Position numbers and translations under genes: made by a program. Under the pieces are notes generated by a model that had not been told where the DNA came from, did not search any database, and saw nothing but the letters and a program-made list of their open reading frames with translations. From a virus: a stretch of DNA of 64,000 nucleotides. The stretch spans positions 32,001 through 96,000 of the IMG/VR virus record IMGVR_UViG_3300029319_000004; one strand, 5' to 3'. How positions within the stretch are numbered: position 1 is the stretch's first letter; each line of letters begins with the position of its first letter. Positions 37,505-48,441 of this stretch are shown in pieces.

Positions 37505-40500
37505 ATGTCAAGAAGCAGATATATTACACTCGAACAAAGCAGAGCAAGCAGAGCAAATAGAGCAACCACTTTTACATCAGTTAAAACTTATACTCTTGGA
37601 TCTAGAAACACAGCCTCAGTCACGGCTTCATCAGAGTTTGTTCCTCTAAACACTCTTATTGTTGATAATTTTCCTGAAACTTCTAAAAAAGGGTCATGGT
37701 ATCTATATGTTTTTGATAATCCCACCGGTAGTTTTTTTCAACTAGAGACGCCTGAAAAAACACATAAGTTTATAGCTGTTAACGACACAACTCCACTAGT
37801 GCCAGCTAGTGCTAGCATAAGTGTAGTTGCAAATCAAGCAGTTGCCAAAATTACTTTTGATGGTACTACAATTCAAAATGGTGAAAATTTTAGAATTATT
37901 GACGGTGAGGGTAAGACAACTTTGTTTACGTTTGATACCGGGTCAACATCGTCTACTGGAACAACTGTTGGTTTATCGGGAAGATCAACCACAAGCACTA
38001 TTGCCACTGCTGTTGCTTCATGTATTAATTCTGAATCAATCAAAATTACAGCAACTGCTTCTGGAAGCAGTGTAGAGCTAAAGCAAGATATCTTTGGAAG
38101 CCATGGAAACACACTAACACAGACTTCTGGGAGTACAACTTTAAACTCCGGATATAGAATTTCTAATTTTTCCGGCGGTCGAGGACTAAATTATTCCTCA
38201 CACAATCAAACAATTACTTTTTCTGATGCTTCAAATAATAGTTACAGCGCATCAATAGACGGGGGGACACGATCAACTTTGTCTATTGATCTGGTTTCTA
38301 TTGATAATATTGCTTCTAGTGCAGCCGCCTCAGGCTCAATAACAGTAACAGACTACTCAGCTTTAACAGCTGCGACTACAGCATCAGCTACGGTTTCGGT
38401 TTCAAGCGCGAACATAACTGCTGGAGACACTATTAGGCTAATTGATTCCTATGGCTACGCGCATTCATTTAGGGCAGTTGCCTCTCGCGGCAATGAAAGT
38501 ACAGATTATATTTTTGACTCAGGAAGCTCTAGCACTACAGCAACAAATTTAGCTAGGATAATAAATCTAAATAATTCTTTTTCTGCCTCTGCATCCTCAA
38601 ATAACGTTACAATTACTCAGTTTGTTGGAGGTGCTGCAGGAAATACAACCATTACAGTTACAGACTCAACAGGTAGCGCCGGTCTTGAAGTTACCTCCAA
38701 CTTTTCATCAGGTGCAGATGGTACAAAAATTGTTTTAACGTCTGCGGATGGTCAGCAATATAATTTATTAGCTGATAGTAAAGTAACGTCTGGTGATGTA
38801 TCAACTACAACTGCTTCTCCTACCTTTAGAGGAAATACACTATTTTTTAAGATTGGCTCAACAAACGCAGCCACAGCAACTAATATAAAAACTGCGTTAA
38901 ATCAAATAGGAGCATTTAATTCTTCTATTTCCAGTAATGTAATATCTGTCACTCAGCAATTTGCAGGAACCTCTGGAAATATTTCTATAACAGAGAATTC
39001 ATCTGGACTGACTGCAGATGGATTTGCTGGTGGCACTGCTGGGGACTCATTTGTCTTTACAACAAGACACTCTGATAGCGTAACTCTTCGAGCAGGAGAA
39101 AATTTTCTTGTTAAGTCTGGAGATAGAGAATTAACAAGAGACAATTTAATTTCCTCTATTAATTTAAACCCAATTTTATTTGCTAATTTTACTGCTTTTC
39201 CACACGATTGCGATCCAGGCATTGCAGTTTTAACTTCTCGCAGGGCTGGTACAAGCGAAAATTCTCATTCTGTTTCTTTTTCTTCTACTAGTACTGCAGC
39301 TGGCGATATTAAAATTCAAGATACTGCAATAACAAATAGTAGAAGCATATCAGCTCAATCTTTTGTCTCAGGGGCTGCATCGGCTACAACATCAAAAACA
39401 ATTATTGGAGTTAGCAGCGTTACTACTCCAACGGAGTTTGCTGCAGAAATAAATACTTCTTTGGCAGCAGCAATAACTGATGGACTAAAAGCCACCACGT
39501 CTGCTAGTGGAGCCACAGTTTCTGTGGTGTCGTCAGTTGCAGGATCTGCAGGAAATAACACCATAAGTGGTTCATATGTTTTTGGATATAATGCATTTAC
39601 CTCTGGCTTTTCTGGTGGTGCAGACAATGTGCATGTAGGTTCTAGCAAGACAGACTATGCTACTAATCTTGTTTCTAGAATAAACACGTCTTTATCTTCT
39701 TATGTTACTGCAACTCTTGGAGATCTTACAACAATAACTGCGCCGCGACATCCTCCAACTGGAAAAATTACATTTGTATCTACCACTCTTAGCGATTACA
39801 CATCGCAGACTATTACTATAAGCGGACTGGAAAAAACTAAAACTTATAAATTTTCTGATGAGTGTGGAGACACTGGGGAATTAAGCGGATCTAGTGTGAT
39901 GGTCTACTTAGGAAACCAAACAACCATAAATGTAAATAATATAGCTAATGAGTTTGTTGGTGCATTAAATCATTCGAATGGCCACGGGTTTAACATTAGA
40001 GTTAAAAACCCCTCCAGCGGAGTCATAATTTTATCTCTAAAACATGGTACTGAAAATTCTATTACAGCTATGTCAAAAACCGCTGCAGATTCTGTCATGA
40101 CCAAGGAAGATATAACGCAACAGACTGCAGTTCCAATTACAATTGCAATGAAATTTGGAGGAGACTTTAGGGACGCATATCCAGCATCAATTAGCATAGA
40201 TGGTAGTCTTTTCTTAGATAAGACACCTTCAACTAGTTGTGATTCCTGTGAGGATGATGTAGATAATCATTTCGAGACCGGCCCAATAGGTGGAGAAGGC
40301 CCATCGATTATTAATTTTGACAATATTAAAGGTGGAGGAAACACAGATACGAGTGACTACCTCAACCCAAATTATCAAGATTTTTATGGCTCTGGCTCTC
40401 AAGCAAACTCTGATGGTCTTTTAAACGATATATTAATAAACAGAAATGGAATTTACGAGTATCCCACTTTTAAACAATATGGCGAGATTATTGAAAAACT

Positions 40501-43500
40501 TGGTGGAGGAAACTATTATACCACACCTCCGCTTGGTATGGGATTTCAGCCACCAGAATATGATACTGCTTTTGAGATACCTCAGCCTACAGGTGATGGC
40601 CCTCCATACAAACTAGGTGCAATTATTTTAGATGGCGATGACGATAATATTCCAGATAATGCAACGTTGGGCGAACTAGGTGAAATTGGTGAAGGCGACG
40701 TTTTTGATCCAAAACCTAGAATTCCTGGGCTTCCTCACCTTCGTGCTAAGCCAGTGCAATATTTTTATGAGCCGGCTTTAGAGGATAGACATAAGCCATT
40801 GATTTATCAATTTGCTTCTGATGAGGGATCTCCAAATTCAGTCGCAATTGCAAGACAGACTTTGTTTAATGGTATTCACTTTTTTTCAAACAAGTATCAA
40901 AATATAAAATATAGACTTTTGGATGGAGATGCTAGAGACTTCAAAGTTGGTTCGCTTAGAAAATCTCATTTATATGATTTATTTAGGGCTGCTCGCGCAA
41001 TGGGAGGTCGAAGATTTAGGTTTAGAGAGCGTTTGTTCCCAGGAGAGTTAAATTCAAGAAGATCTCAATTAAATAAGCGCCCTGATTATCATGAACTAGA
41101 TAGTATTGTTGCGTTTGACGGTCAAAAAATAGATCCAAAACAAGATATAGATCACAGAAAAAGATTGACCGATCTTAGAATATTTTGGAGAAACAAACAA
41201 GTAGATAGGGTAAGAAACATACGAGCTAGCCATGCAGATGAATCAGTTTTTCTTACGCCTACAAGCTCTTTAGGTGGTGTATATCAACCCTCTCCAATCA
41301 CCAAAGATGGAATGTTTCACGAGATAAGACAAATATCTCATGGTTTTTATGTTCAGCCTGGAGATTTAAAAGATCAGCTTGCAGGCTCTGATGGACGTAA
41401 GCATCATATTGCTGCTGGTATATCTACAAGATATCAAATGGCTAAAACTGCAGACAGCACACCAAATCTAAGCGAAAATGCTATAGTTATCAATGATGAA
41501 AGACATGAGGGCAATCTTAATGCACAATCTGGCACACCACAGCAAGAACCTGTAAAACTAAACAGCTCTATGATTGAGGCTATAGTATTACCTACTTCTG
41601 CCATGCAAGGTATAGATTCCCCATTTTTGCCTGAAGATTCTTTAATTGTTGCATTTTCAGCAACATCTGCATCCTTCATAGACTCAAATAGCCAAACTGT
41701 AACTAATGATGTTGATGTAGGTCATGAAATCCACTACAATCAACCTTTTGATTTTAGTTTAATAAGTATGTGGCCTTTAGATTTCCCAGAATATCTCCGT
41801 TTGCCCTTCAAGCCAAAAAGTAATGTTCCTACCCTGCAAAGCCCTGATAACTCAACTTATCAGGTTTTGGATAGTGGGCCTTTTGTTTATGGAATTCAGA
41901 GAGTTGGTCTTGCCCCTAACAGAATTGCTCCTGATAGAGTTGAGGGTGCAAATGGCACGCCTGTTCCTAATTTTTATGAATTTCTCGAAAACAATCCTCA
42001 TGCTTCTAAATTATTTAATCAAGAATATGCGAACAGGCTTGGAGACCCTAAGCTAGCAACACATGGTCAAAATCCAAAAAATCAAGTTACTGGAGCCGCA
42101 GGCGAGCTTTTGTTCAGCACCAAGCCGACAATCACTTTGTATAATAAGCACGCATACAGAAGGCCTTTGCCTTTTCCAAGCAACGGCTTTTTACCGGGAG
42201 GCAAGCAGTTTTATTCAAACTTAACTACTAATTCTCCAAGTGAAGCACTGCTTTTCGCCGCCGCATATGTTTTTAATGGCGCAGAATTTAGTGAGCCAAT
42301 ATTTGTTGATGATGCTTCAGATTTGATAAGAGGATATGGTATTGTTAGTGAGTTGTCTAATGAGCTTGAAACTACAGAAACTTCCCTTGCTAGCGCTATT
42401 TCTAGTGCAGAGCCAAATAGTGAAACTCTTCTTAGCAGCTACGAGCCAAAACCAGCTATTTCTTTTCAAGGAGGAAAACTAATAGGTGATTCAGACAAGA
42501 AAGAAGATTCCAGCGGTCTAATAGCGCAAGATGTTGGCACAGCATATAAATATGATTATAGCTCAATACATCATACTGCATTTTTAAGAGACGGAGCACC
42601 TGCACCAGGAACTACATATGACTATAAGCTCGTCTTGGGAAAGGCCGCAGGTGCGAAATTTACTACTATAGAAAATCGCGATAGTTATTTTACTTTAGAG
42701 AGGGCAGCAGAGGGTGCAGCTGGGTATGCTAGTGCAACAGCTAGTATGCAATATTTACGTCATGCTTGGCCTTATTACCAGCCAATATGGAGATTGGATA
42801 AGTTAACTGGTCGCTCTCCTTTTCATGACTCATATCAAGATTTTACTAATGATGTTGATATTGTTGGCCGTGGATATTCACAAATTGCAGAGTTTACAAT
42901 TTCAGATCATTTTGAACACTACAATGATTTCTTAATTGAGTCTATTAATAATGACAGGCCTGTGTATTCGATTACTGAATTTAATAGAATTAAAAGAAAC
43001 TTAAATGTTCCAATTGATTATGCTGCTAACTTTGCAAAAATTATTGGATCATCAAATGTTGGTGATGTGCAAGTTTCTGTTCTGGCTGGCCAGTTTGGTC
43101 TTTTAAATGAGTCTCCAAGAGTTATACACACTGCTAGTGCCATGTCCTCTACTTTTAATGCAACCTCTACAATGCATGATTTAGAATATGCAGACTACAC
43201 TGTTGTATTAAATTCTTTATCTGCCAGCCAATATGAAGAGGCGAATGGACACTGGAGAATGGATTCTCACAGTACAGCCTTTATGCCAAAATACATGCAG
43301 GCTGATGCTAGCAAAAACTTTGCAAAACTGTCGCGACAAAACGATAGAGGGTTTTTAGATGATAAAGATACTATACCAAATAAAATTACTTTGACTGTTA
43401 AATCAATTAAAAAGCTCTTGCCTCAGAAAGATATGTATCCTTTGTTTAGAACAATGAAACTTGGCTCAATGTTAACGGATGCATTTTCTGACTCAATAAG

Positions 43501-46500
43501 TTACTCTACTAGAGAATACGATGGAATAAATTCTGGCGTGACTGACTCTCACAAGGCTGCTGCTGCAACACAAAGCTTTTTAGAACCTCTTTTTGCTCCT
43601 GGAATCATGTTTAATTCAATTAAATCTGGGTTAGGAGTTAGTTTTCCTATTTTTGTTGATGAAGGAGCCGGCCGCGGCGCTCCATACTATTATGGCAATC
43701 CTCACATATATGGTCCATGGGGACCATCTCCATTTACCTCCTCCGGCCAGCAACATGCAGGATATGATAATTTAGCATATAGAATAGATGATCCTGTTAC
43801 AATGTTTAGTTATGGATTAGCCAATAGTGCTGGAGTTAATAGAACGGCGCCAACATATTTGATGCGTAGGCCAAGTTTTCAGTTGCCTTTTGAGGCAATA
43901 TATAAGCCAAATTATTTAGAAATAATGAAAAAACGCAAGACTTATATGGTTGATGATCTTTTTGATCAAACAAGGTCAACTTATGTTACAGGGGCCTATA
44001 ATCAGATAGAGTATGAGACCGGCACACCAGGCGGATCACATGAATGGACATTTACAACTGCGTCAATTTCATATGTTATTACAGGAACTTCTAATCATGC
44101 TCACATGACAGGTTCAAGATTTACATTGTCTGCTTGGCATGCGCAATCAGGAGAGAAAACAAAAGATTTTGATAGCCAGACACAGTTTGATTATGGAACT
44201 CCAGAGGACACATTTTATTGGGAGTTTAAAAATCATCCCCAAAGTGCTTTAGACCCTTCAATAGCTTTATTTCCAGAGATAAATAGCTTAACTGCCTCAG
44301 TCGATGATGAAAGTATTGATGATTTTCCATTATTTTTGAATTATAGATTTGAAGGCGTTGCTAATGACACTGATGCTGTTAATATAACAGGATCTCAATT
44401 TTTAGTAGGAACTACTCCATACGAGTATGCTACAAATTTAGCAGACGCAATCAATCGTCGATGCAAAGTTACTCATTCAGTGCAAACAGGCTCAACACCA
44501 TCTTACGATATTGATGGAAATGAAGTGGTGGCTTCTAGTAAAACTATGAAGTTACGTATTCATCAATTTTTTACAGCTAGTGTGCTAGTGGATACCACAG
44601 GAAAATTTGGTCAACCGGTCGGACAAGTTGCAAACGTGCTAACAATACACACTGCTGGCCCATTAATGAACCATGGAATAAAAGAAGGTATTTTGTACTT
44701 TAACGATAATGATGAACTTGTTACTTTTGATGACACAAATATTCATCCTCTTGTATTTGCTAGAGAAATGAGACTTCCAATTGGAGACGCCAACGCAGAT
44801 TGTATATTCGGTACCCCCATATGCCATACATCATCACATGGTAAAAGATTTACCAGTTCTACAACTGCACTAGGACAAGTGAATCATTCCTATGGCTTTT
44901 TCGATAGACCAGGAAGTTCTCACTCTAGAAATGTTGCGCAACATGAATTTAAGCCTCATGTCCTTCTGTACCCAGACATGCCAGATACTGGCAGTTTTCA
45001 AAGTAGATTATATGAAGCATCAATTAATAACTTTTTAGCAGAAACAATTAATTTCTTTATAGATTCTGAAAGTGAAGGCAGGTACTATGATTTAAAAATG
45101 CCAGTTATTGTATCTGATCCAATAGAAACTGTGCCGGTGACGTCTGGTACGGTATATTACATGTCTGTAAATCTATACATGGGCAAAAGCCACATTATGT
45201 GTGAAGGCCCTAGGTTTGCAAATATGCCTCACGCAGCTCATAATGCATCTTCCTCAATGAGAGGTGCTTTTTTTGGGCCACCAATGGAGGTTGTGCACCG
45301 TGATTCTAAGATAAATGGACCCGCTAGTGGAGGATACACAAGTGATGCTGAGGCAATGAGTTCTAATTTAACAGACCCAGCCTATCATCATGTAACACCC
45401 CCATATTTTTATGGCCCATCATCTATTCTATTGCGATACCAAGCTACCAGCAGTGGCGATGTTACAATTGATGATATATGGACAAATACTAAAAAATCAT
45501 CATTATATTTTGAAGAATATATTACAGACATTCCAGATGGATCAACTACTACAATCGGAGATGAAGTCCCGGTATCCGACTTTTTCTTCCCAACTTCGTC
45601 GTTAAGTCCAAAAGTGCCGACAAAAAAATCTGTATCGCAAGGCTCGGCTGCAAGAATGAAATTAGAAGAGTGTGTTGATGTTTGGTCTCCAAAAAATCTT
45701 GTTGAAGTACAGGCGCTTGATCCAGCAACAAACATCCCCTCTGCAACTCCGACAAAAGTTTGGGCTATGACTCCAAAATGGGTTTGTCCCGTTTTAGATT
45801 TTGGTCTGCCGGCAACACTTTTCATGTCTGCTAGCTCATATGATTCTTTTGATAACAAAATATTTGAATCTTCATTTCAACTTAATGATCCAGCAATTAA
45901 GTCAACTTTATCTTACTATAACATGCTTACAGGTAGATCTATGTGGACTGGATACGGAATTGACCCATATGATGGGTCAGATTTAAAAAGAATTGAATTG
46001 TATATGAACAAACAACAACTTCTTAAAAAACAGTTTGAAGATTATTATGAAATTTTAAAACAAGATGAATTAGAAAATGGAAATATAGAAAAAGAAACTA
46101 TCGCTTTTGTGGTAGAGCCAGATCAAGATGTTTCTTCTGTTAATAAAAAAGGAATTTATTTTCAAATATCAGAAACGTTCCCGGAAGAGCTTGCAACACA
46201 AGCTGCTTCTTCTGTCACATTCCAAACCCCATACGAGGGTGCAGAAAATGCTTCCGGATATTATACCTCCAGAGAAGAAGTGTTTTCATCAACTAGCGTA
46301 ACATCATCTCTTGTACCCTTGCTGGGCTTTAACGATACAAATAGAAGGCCAATTGGAAAAATTTCAAAGAGCAAAGTCGTCTCTGAGGCTATTGTCGCTA
46401 TCCCTTATCTACCCAAGCCTTTTGGAATATACGGAAAAATTAGAGGAACTGGCCCAGATGGATCAGTAATTGCATCTAAAGATTTGCTTAGTCTTGTGGA

Positions 46501-47413
46501 AAAAGGACCTGATCAATCTTTAGTAAGAACTTTGATGGCTACTACTGAGGTTATTCCAGGATATCACTTTTTGTCGATTGACAATTTGGTTTTTGATAAT
46601 TTCTTGAATACTATTTTAATAGACTTTTTAACTCCAAACAGCTCACCCAGAAGTGAAGAGTTAAAGCAAAGGTACGAAAATTATTCAAATGCATTAGAGA
46701 TATGTGATGCTAGTGATCTAGGAATAATGATAAACACACTCCTAGGTCGTGTTGGCCCATCTAAGCTTGGCTATATGCTTCCGCCAGAGATGGACTTCAT
46801 AAACAATTCAGCGATTGCACCTTTTCAAATGGCTGTAGTTCCTCTTGCTCACGAGTTAGACAAAAGAGATCTTATGAATATGTGGCAAAATATAATGCCA
46901 GATATATCTACTAAATTGATAAAATCTGTTGATAACATTTCGTTTAATCCAAATGCAAATTTCTTTGGAACGCCTGAAGCTGAATTTGACTTATTGGCAA
47001 TATCTAAGACTGGTGGAAATCTAGGATCGCCTCCGCTAGCCGAAGTTTGCCCGGGCCAGTTCTTGAATACTAAATCTCTTTCAAAGAATTTTCAAAAAAC
47101 TTTTGAAGACGATATACTTCCTTATAATATTCCATTCATCCCTCCTAATTCATCTGCTTTTTTTGAAAAGCTTAAGTGGCTTGTATTTAAAGTAAAGCAG
47201 CGCGCTGCAAAAGATTATGAAACCTACAGAGAGCGTCAAATAGATGCTGCAATTGCTTCGAAAGGATACCAAAGAAAACAACAACAAAACTTGCAATATT
47301 CTGCTCTAGATTGTCTAAATACAAAAGAGATCTATGGTGCAAACTGGCCCTATGATTTCTTCTCATTAACTGAGAGAGCAAAAATAGAAATTGAATATGA
47401 GGTGCAGTCTTAA
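37505..47413 (+). CDS. giant 3302-aa virion structural protein with nested S/T/A-rich repeat modules
   Basis: Uninterrupted 9.9-kb ORF in the tail cluster; the N-terminal ~900 aa are built of the repeated module. Confidence 0.8.
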   Translation: MSRSRYITLEQSRASRANRATTFTSVKTYTLGSRNTASVTASSEFVPLNTLIVDNFPETSKKGSWYLYVFDNPTGSFFQLETPEKTHKFIAVNDTTPLVPASASISVVANQAVAKITFDGTTIQNGENFRIIDGEGKTTLFTFDTGSTSSTGTTVGLSGRSTTSTIATAVASCINSESIKITATASGSSVELKQDIFGSHGNTLTQTSGSTTLNSGYRISNFSGGRGLNYSSHNQTITFSDASNNSYSASIDGGTRSTLSIDLVSIDNIASSAAASGSITVTDYSALTAATTASATVSVSSANITAGDTIRLIDSYGYAHSFRAVASRGNESTDYIFDSGSSSTTATNLARIINLNNSFSASASSNNVTITQFVGGAAGNTTITVTDSTGSAGLEVTSNFSSGADGTKIVLTSADGQQYNLLADSKVTSGDVSTTTASPTFRGNTLFFKIGSTNAATATNIKTALNQIGAFNSSISSNVISVTQQFAGTSGNISITENSSGLTADGFAGGTAGDSFVFTTRHSDSVTLRAGENFLVKSGDRELTRDNLISSINLNPILFANFTAFPHDCDPGIAVLTSRRAGTSENSHSVSFSSTSTAAGDIKIQDTAITNSRSISAQSFVSGAASATTSKTIIGVSSVTTPTEFAAEINTSLAAAITDGLKATTSASGATVSVVSSVAGSAGNNTISGSYVFGYNAFTSGFSGGADNVHVGSSKTDYATNLVSRINTSLSSYVTATLGDLTTITAPRHPPTGKITFVSTTLSDYTSQTITISGLEKTKTYKFSDECGDTGELSGSSVMVYLGNQTTINVNNIANEFVGALNHSNGHGFNIRVKNPSSGVIILSLKHGTENSITAMSKTAADSVMTKEDITQQTAVPITIAMKFGGDFRDAYPASISIDGSLFLDKTPSTSCDSCEDDVDNHFETGPIGGEGPSIINFDNIKGGGNTDTSDYLNPNYQDFYGSGSQANSDGLLNDILINRNGIYEYPTFKQYGEIIEKLGGGNYYTTPPLGMGFQPPEYDTAFEIPQPTGDGPPYKLGAIILDGDDDNIPDNATLGELGEIGEGDVFDPKPRIPGLPHLRAKPVQYFYEPALEDRHKPLIYQFASDEGSPNSVAIARQTLFNGIHFFSNKYQNIKYRLLDGDARDFKVGSLRKSHLYDLFRAARAMGGRRFRFRERLFPGELNSRRSQLNKRPDYHELDSIVAFDGQKIDPKQDIDHRKRLTDLRIFWRNKQVDRVRNIRASHADESVFLTPTSSLGGVYQPSPITKDGMFHEIRQISHGFYVQPGDLKDQLAGSDGRKHHIAAGISTRYQMAKTADSTPNLSENAIVINDERHEGNLNAQSGTPQQEPVKLNSSMIEAIVLPTSAMQGIDSPFLPEDSLIVAFSATSASFIDSNSQTVTNDVDVGHEIHYNQPFDFSLISMWPLDFPEYLRLPFKPKSNVPTLQSPDNSTYQVLDSGPFVYGIQRVGLAPNRIAPDRVEGANGTPVPNFYEFLENNPHASKLFNQEYANRLGDPKLATHGQNPKNQVTGAAGELLFSTKPTITLYNKHAYRRPLPFPSNGFLPGGKQFYSNLTTNSPSEALLFAAAYVFNGAEFSEPIFVDDASDLIRGYGIVSELSNELETTETSLASAISSAEPNSETLLSSYEPKPAISFQGGKLIGDSDKKEDSSGLIAQDVGTAYKYDYSSIHHTAFLRDGAPAPGTTYDYKLVLGKAAGAKFTTIENRDSYFTLERAAEGAAGYASATASMQYLRHAWPYYQPIWRLDKLTGRSPFHDSYQDFTNDVDIVGRGYSQIAEFTISDHFEHYNDFLIESINNDRPVYSITEFNRIKRNLNVPIDYAANFAKIIGSSNVGDVQVSVLAGQFGLLNESPRVIHTASAMSSTFNATSTMHDLEYADYTVVLNSLSASQYEEANGHWRMDSHSTAFMPKYMQADASKNFAKLSRQNDRGFLDDKDTIPNKITLTVKSIKKLLPQKDMYPLFRTMKLGSMLTDAFSDSISYSTREYDGINSGVTDSHKAAAATQSFLEPLFAPGIMFNSIKSGLGVSFPIFVDEGAGRGAPYYYGNPHIYGPWGPSPFTSSGQQHAGYDNLAYRIDDPVTMFSYGLANSAGVNRTAPTYLMRRPSFQLPFEAIYKPNYLEIMKKRKTYMVDDLFDQTRSTYVTGAYNQIEYETGTPGGSHEWTFTTASISYVITGTSNHAHMTGSRFTLSAWHAQSGEKTKDFDSQTQFDYGTPEDTFYWEFKNHPQSALDPSIALFPEINSLTASVDDESIDDFPLFLNYRFEGVANDTDAVNITGSQFLVGTTPYEYATNLADAINRRCKVTHSVQTGSTPSYDIDGNEVVASSKTMKLRIHQFFTASVLVDTTGKFGQPVGQVANVLTIHTAGPLMNHGIKEGILYFNDNDELVTFDDTNIHPLVFAREMRLPIGDANADCIFGTPICHTSSHGKRFTSSTTALGQVNHSYGFFDRPGSSHSRNVAQHEFKPHVLLYPDMPDTGSFQSRLYEASINNFLAETINFFIDSESEGRYYDLKMPVIVSDPIETVPVTSGTVYYMSVNLYMGKSHIMCEGPRFANMPHAAHNASSSMRGAFFGPPMEVVHRDSKINGPASGGYTSDAEAMSSNLTDPAYHHVTPPYFYGPSSILLRYQATSSGDVTIDDIWTNTKKSSLYFEEYITDIPDGSTTTIGDEVPVSDFFFPTSSLSPKVPTKKSVSQGSAARMKLEECVDVWSPKNLVEVQALDPATNIPSATPTKVWAMTPKWVCPVLDFGLPATLFMSASSYDSFDNKIFESSFQLNDPAIKSTLSYYNMLTGRSMWTGYGIDPYDGSDLKRIELYMNKQQLLKKQFEDYYEILKQDELENGNIEKETIAFVVEPDQDVSSVNKKGIYFQISETFPEELATQAASSVTFQTPYEGAENASGYYTSREEVFSSTSVTSSLVPLLGFNDTNRRPIGKISKSKVVSEAIVAIPYLPKPFGIYGKIRGTGPDGSVIASKDLLSLVEKGPDQSLVRTLMATTEVIPGYHFLSIDNLVFDNFLNTILIDFLTPNSSPRSEELKQRYENYSNALEICDASDLGIMINTLLGRVGPSKLGYMLPPEMDFINNSAIAPFQMAVVPLAHELDKRDLMNMWQNIMPDISTKLIKSVDNISFNPNANFFGTPEAEFDLLAISKTGGNLGSPPLAEVCPGQFLNTKSLSKNFQKTFEDDILPYNIPFIPPNSSAFFEKLKWLVFKVKQRAAKDYETYRERQIDAAIASKGYQRKQQQNLQYSALDCLNTKEIYGANWPYDFFSLTERAKIEIEYEVQS
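37802..40200 (+). repeat. six to seven interleaved copies of the beta-sandwich module
   Basis: Recurrent A.A.ITF / TI.L.D..G / AT.(I/L)A..IN / VT.TQ..G..GN..IT / F(S/A)GG motifs. Five FxxG ends lie at ~38170, ~38705, ~39025, ~39365 and ~39610. Confidence 0.7.
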
Positions 47414-48441
47414 TGGAATTTTTTGATTCAAAAGAAGAAGTTATTGATCTTCAATTAACTCAGTTTGGGCGTCATTTGCTCTCTAAGGGGAAATTTAAGC
47501 CTGTATATTATTCTTTTTTTGATGACGATGTGCTTTATAATTGTGAAAATGCAGGGTTTTCAGAAGAACAAAACCAAACTCACGAAAGAATATATAAAGC
47601 AACAGAAAATCTTACAGGTTCTGGTGCTCCAAGAATGAAACCTCAAATATCTTTCTTAAGCTTAGAAAAAGAATTTCTTAATAACTACAATAAAACTGTT
47701 TCTGGGCAAGAAAAGCCTGGTGACCCTGGGCAGCAGCCAACAGCAATAAAAAATTATACCCTGCCTCAGCCAATTGGTACTATCGCGGTTGACAAAGACT
47801 CCGCCCCAGCATTTTCTGTGAAGGTCTTACAAGGAGAAATATCCAGTTCAGCCGGATTTATAGATCTTAAGCAAACATCTGGTGGCAAAAATACAATTAT
47901 GATACCTCAGCTTGAGATGGAGCTTGATATAGAATACATACCTCAAGAACACGATGAATTTTATGAAATAGAGGACGCGTCTGCTATATCTTTTGGTGTT
48001 ACAACAAAAAATGAAGAAATGTTTTTGTTTGTTAAGATTTTAGAGGAAAATGCGCCGTATCAAAAAAGAAATTTTGATATGGAGGTTTATGAAATATCTG
48101 AAGAGGTGTCTGGTTCAACTACGGTTGAGCACCTCAGACAATTAGAGTTTTTTAATATGCCTAAGTGGCTTTTTGATAGTGAAAAACCAAGTGATCCATC
48201 GCTTTTAATAAGCTCAAACACCACTCCTGAGTTAGCTCAAAACAATGTTGAATACTATTTTGATGTTTTTGTTGATGAAGAAATTGATGAAGAAATTTGC
48301 AGGCTAGATCCTGACACATTTAATAGAGGTGTCTTTGCAAATAAAGATAATAAATTATGTCGTGATGTATTAAATGATGATAATAAAGTATCTTATGATA
48401 TTTATGAAGCAGAGGCTGATGATCCTGGAGAAGTTTGCTAA
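47413..48441 (+). CDS. virion structural protein, N-terminus paralogous to the 55492 protein
   Basis: LQLTQFGRHLLSKGKFKPVYYSFFDDDVLYN aligns with AVLTDTGRLRLAQGDGSFKITKFALGDDEINY. Confidence 0.65.
   Translation: MEFFDSKEEVIDLQLTQFGRHLLSKGKFKPVYYSFFDDDVLYNCENAGFSEEQNQTHERIYKATENLTGSGAPRMKPQISFLSLEKEFLNNYNKTVSGQEKPGDPGQQPTAIKNYTLPQPIGTIAVDKDSAPAFSVKVLQGEISSSAGFIDLKQTSGGKNTIMIPQLEMELDIEYIPQEHDEFYEIEDASAISFGVTTKNEEMFLFVKILEENAPYQKRNFDMEVYEISEEVSGSTTVEHLRQLEFFNMPKWLFDSEKPSDPSLLISSNTTPELAQNNVEYYFDVFVDEEIDEEICRLDPDTFNRGVFANKDNKLCRDVLNDDNKVSYDIYEAEADDPGEVC

Noticed and set aside
44790-44830. Possible intein start (ADCIFGTPI) in the 3302-aa protein
   Set aside because: No block B TxxH, no LAGLIDADG motif and no terminal HN-C/S/T at a plausible distance.
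30639-47413. Diversity-generating retroelement acting on the adhesin genes
   Set aside because: No reverse transcriptase and no near-identical TR/VR nucleotide repeat pair seen; the module repeats are similar only at protein level.
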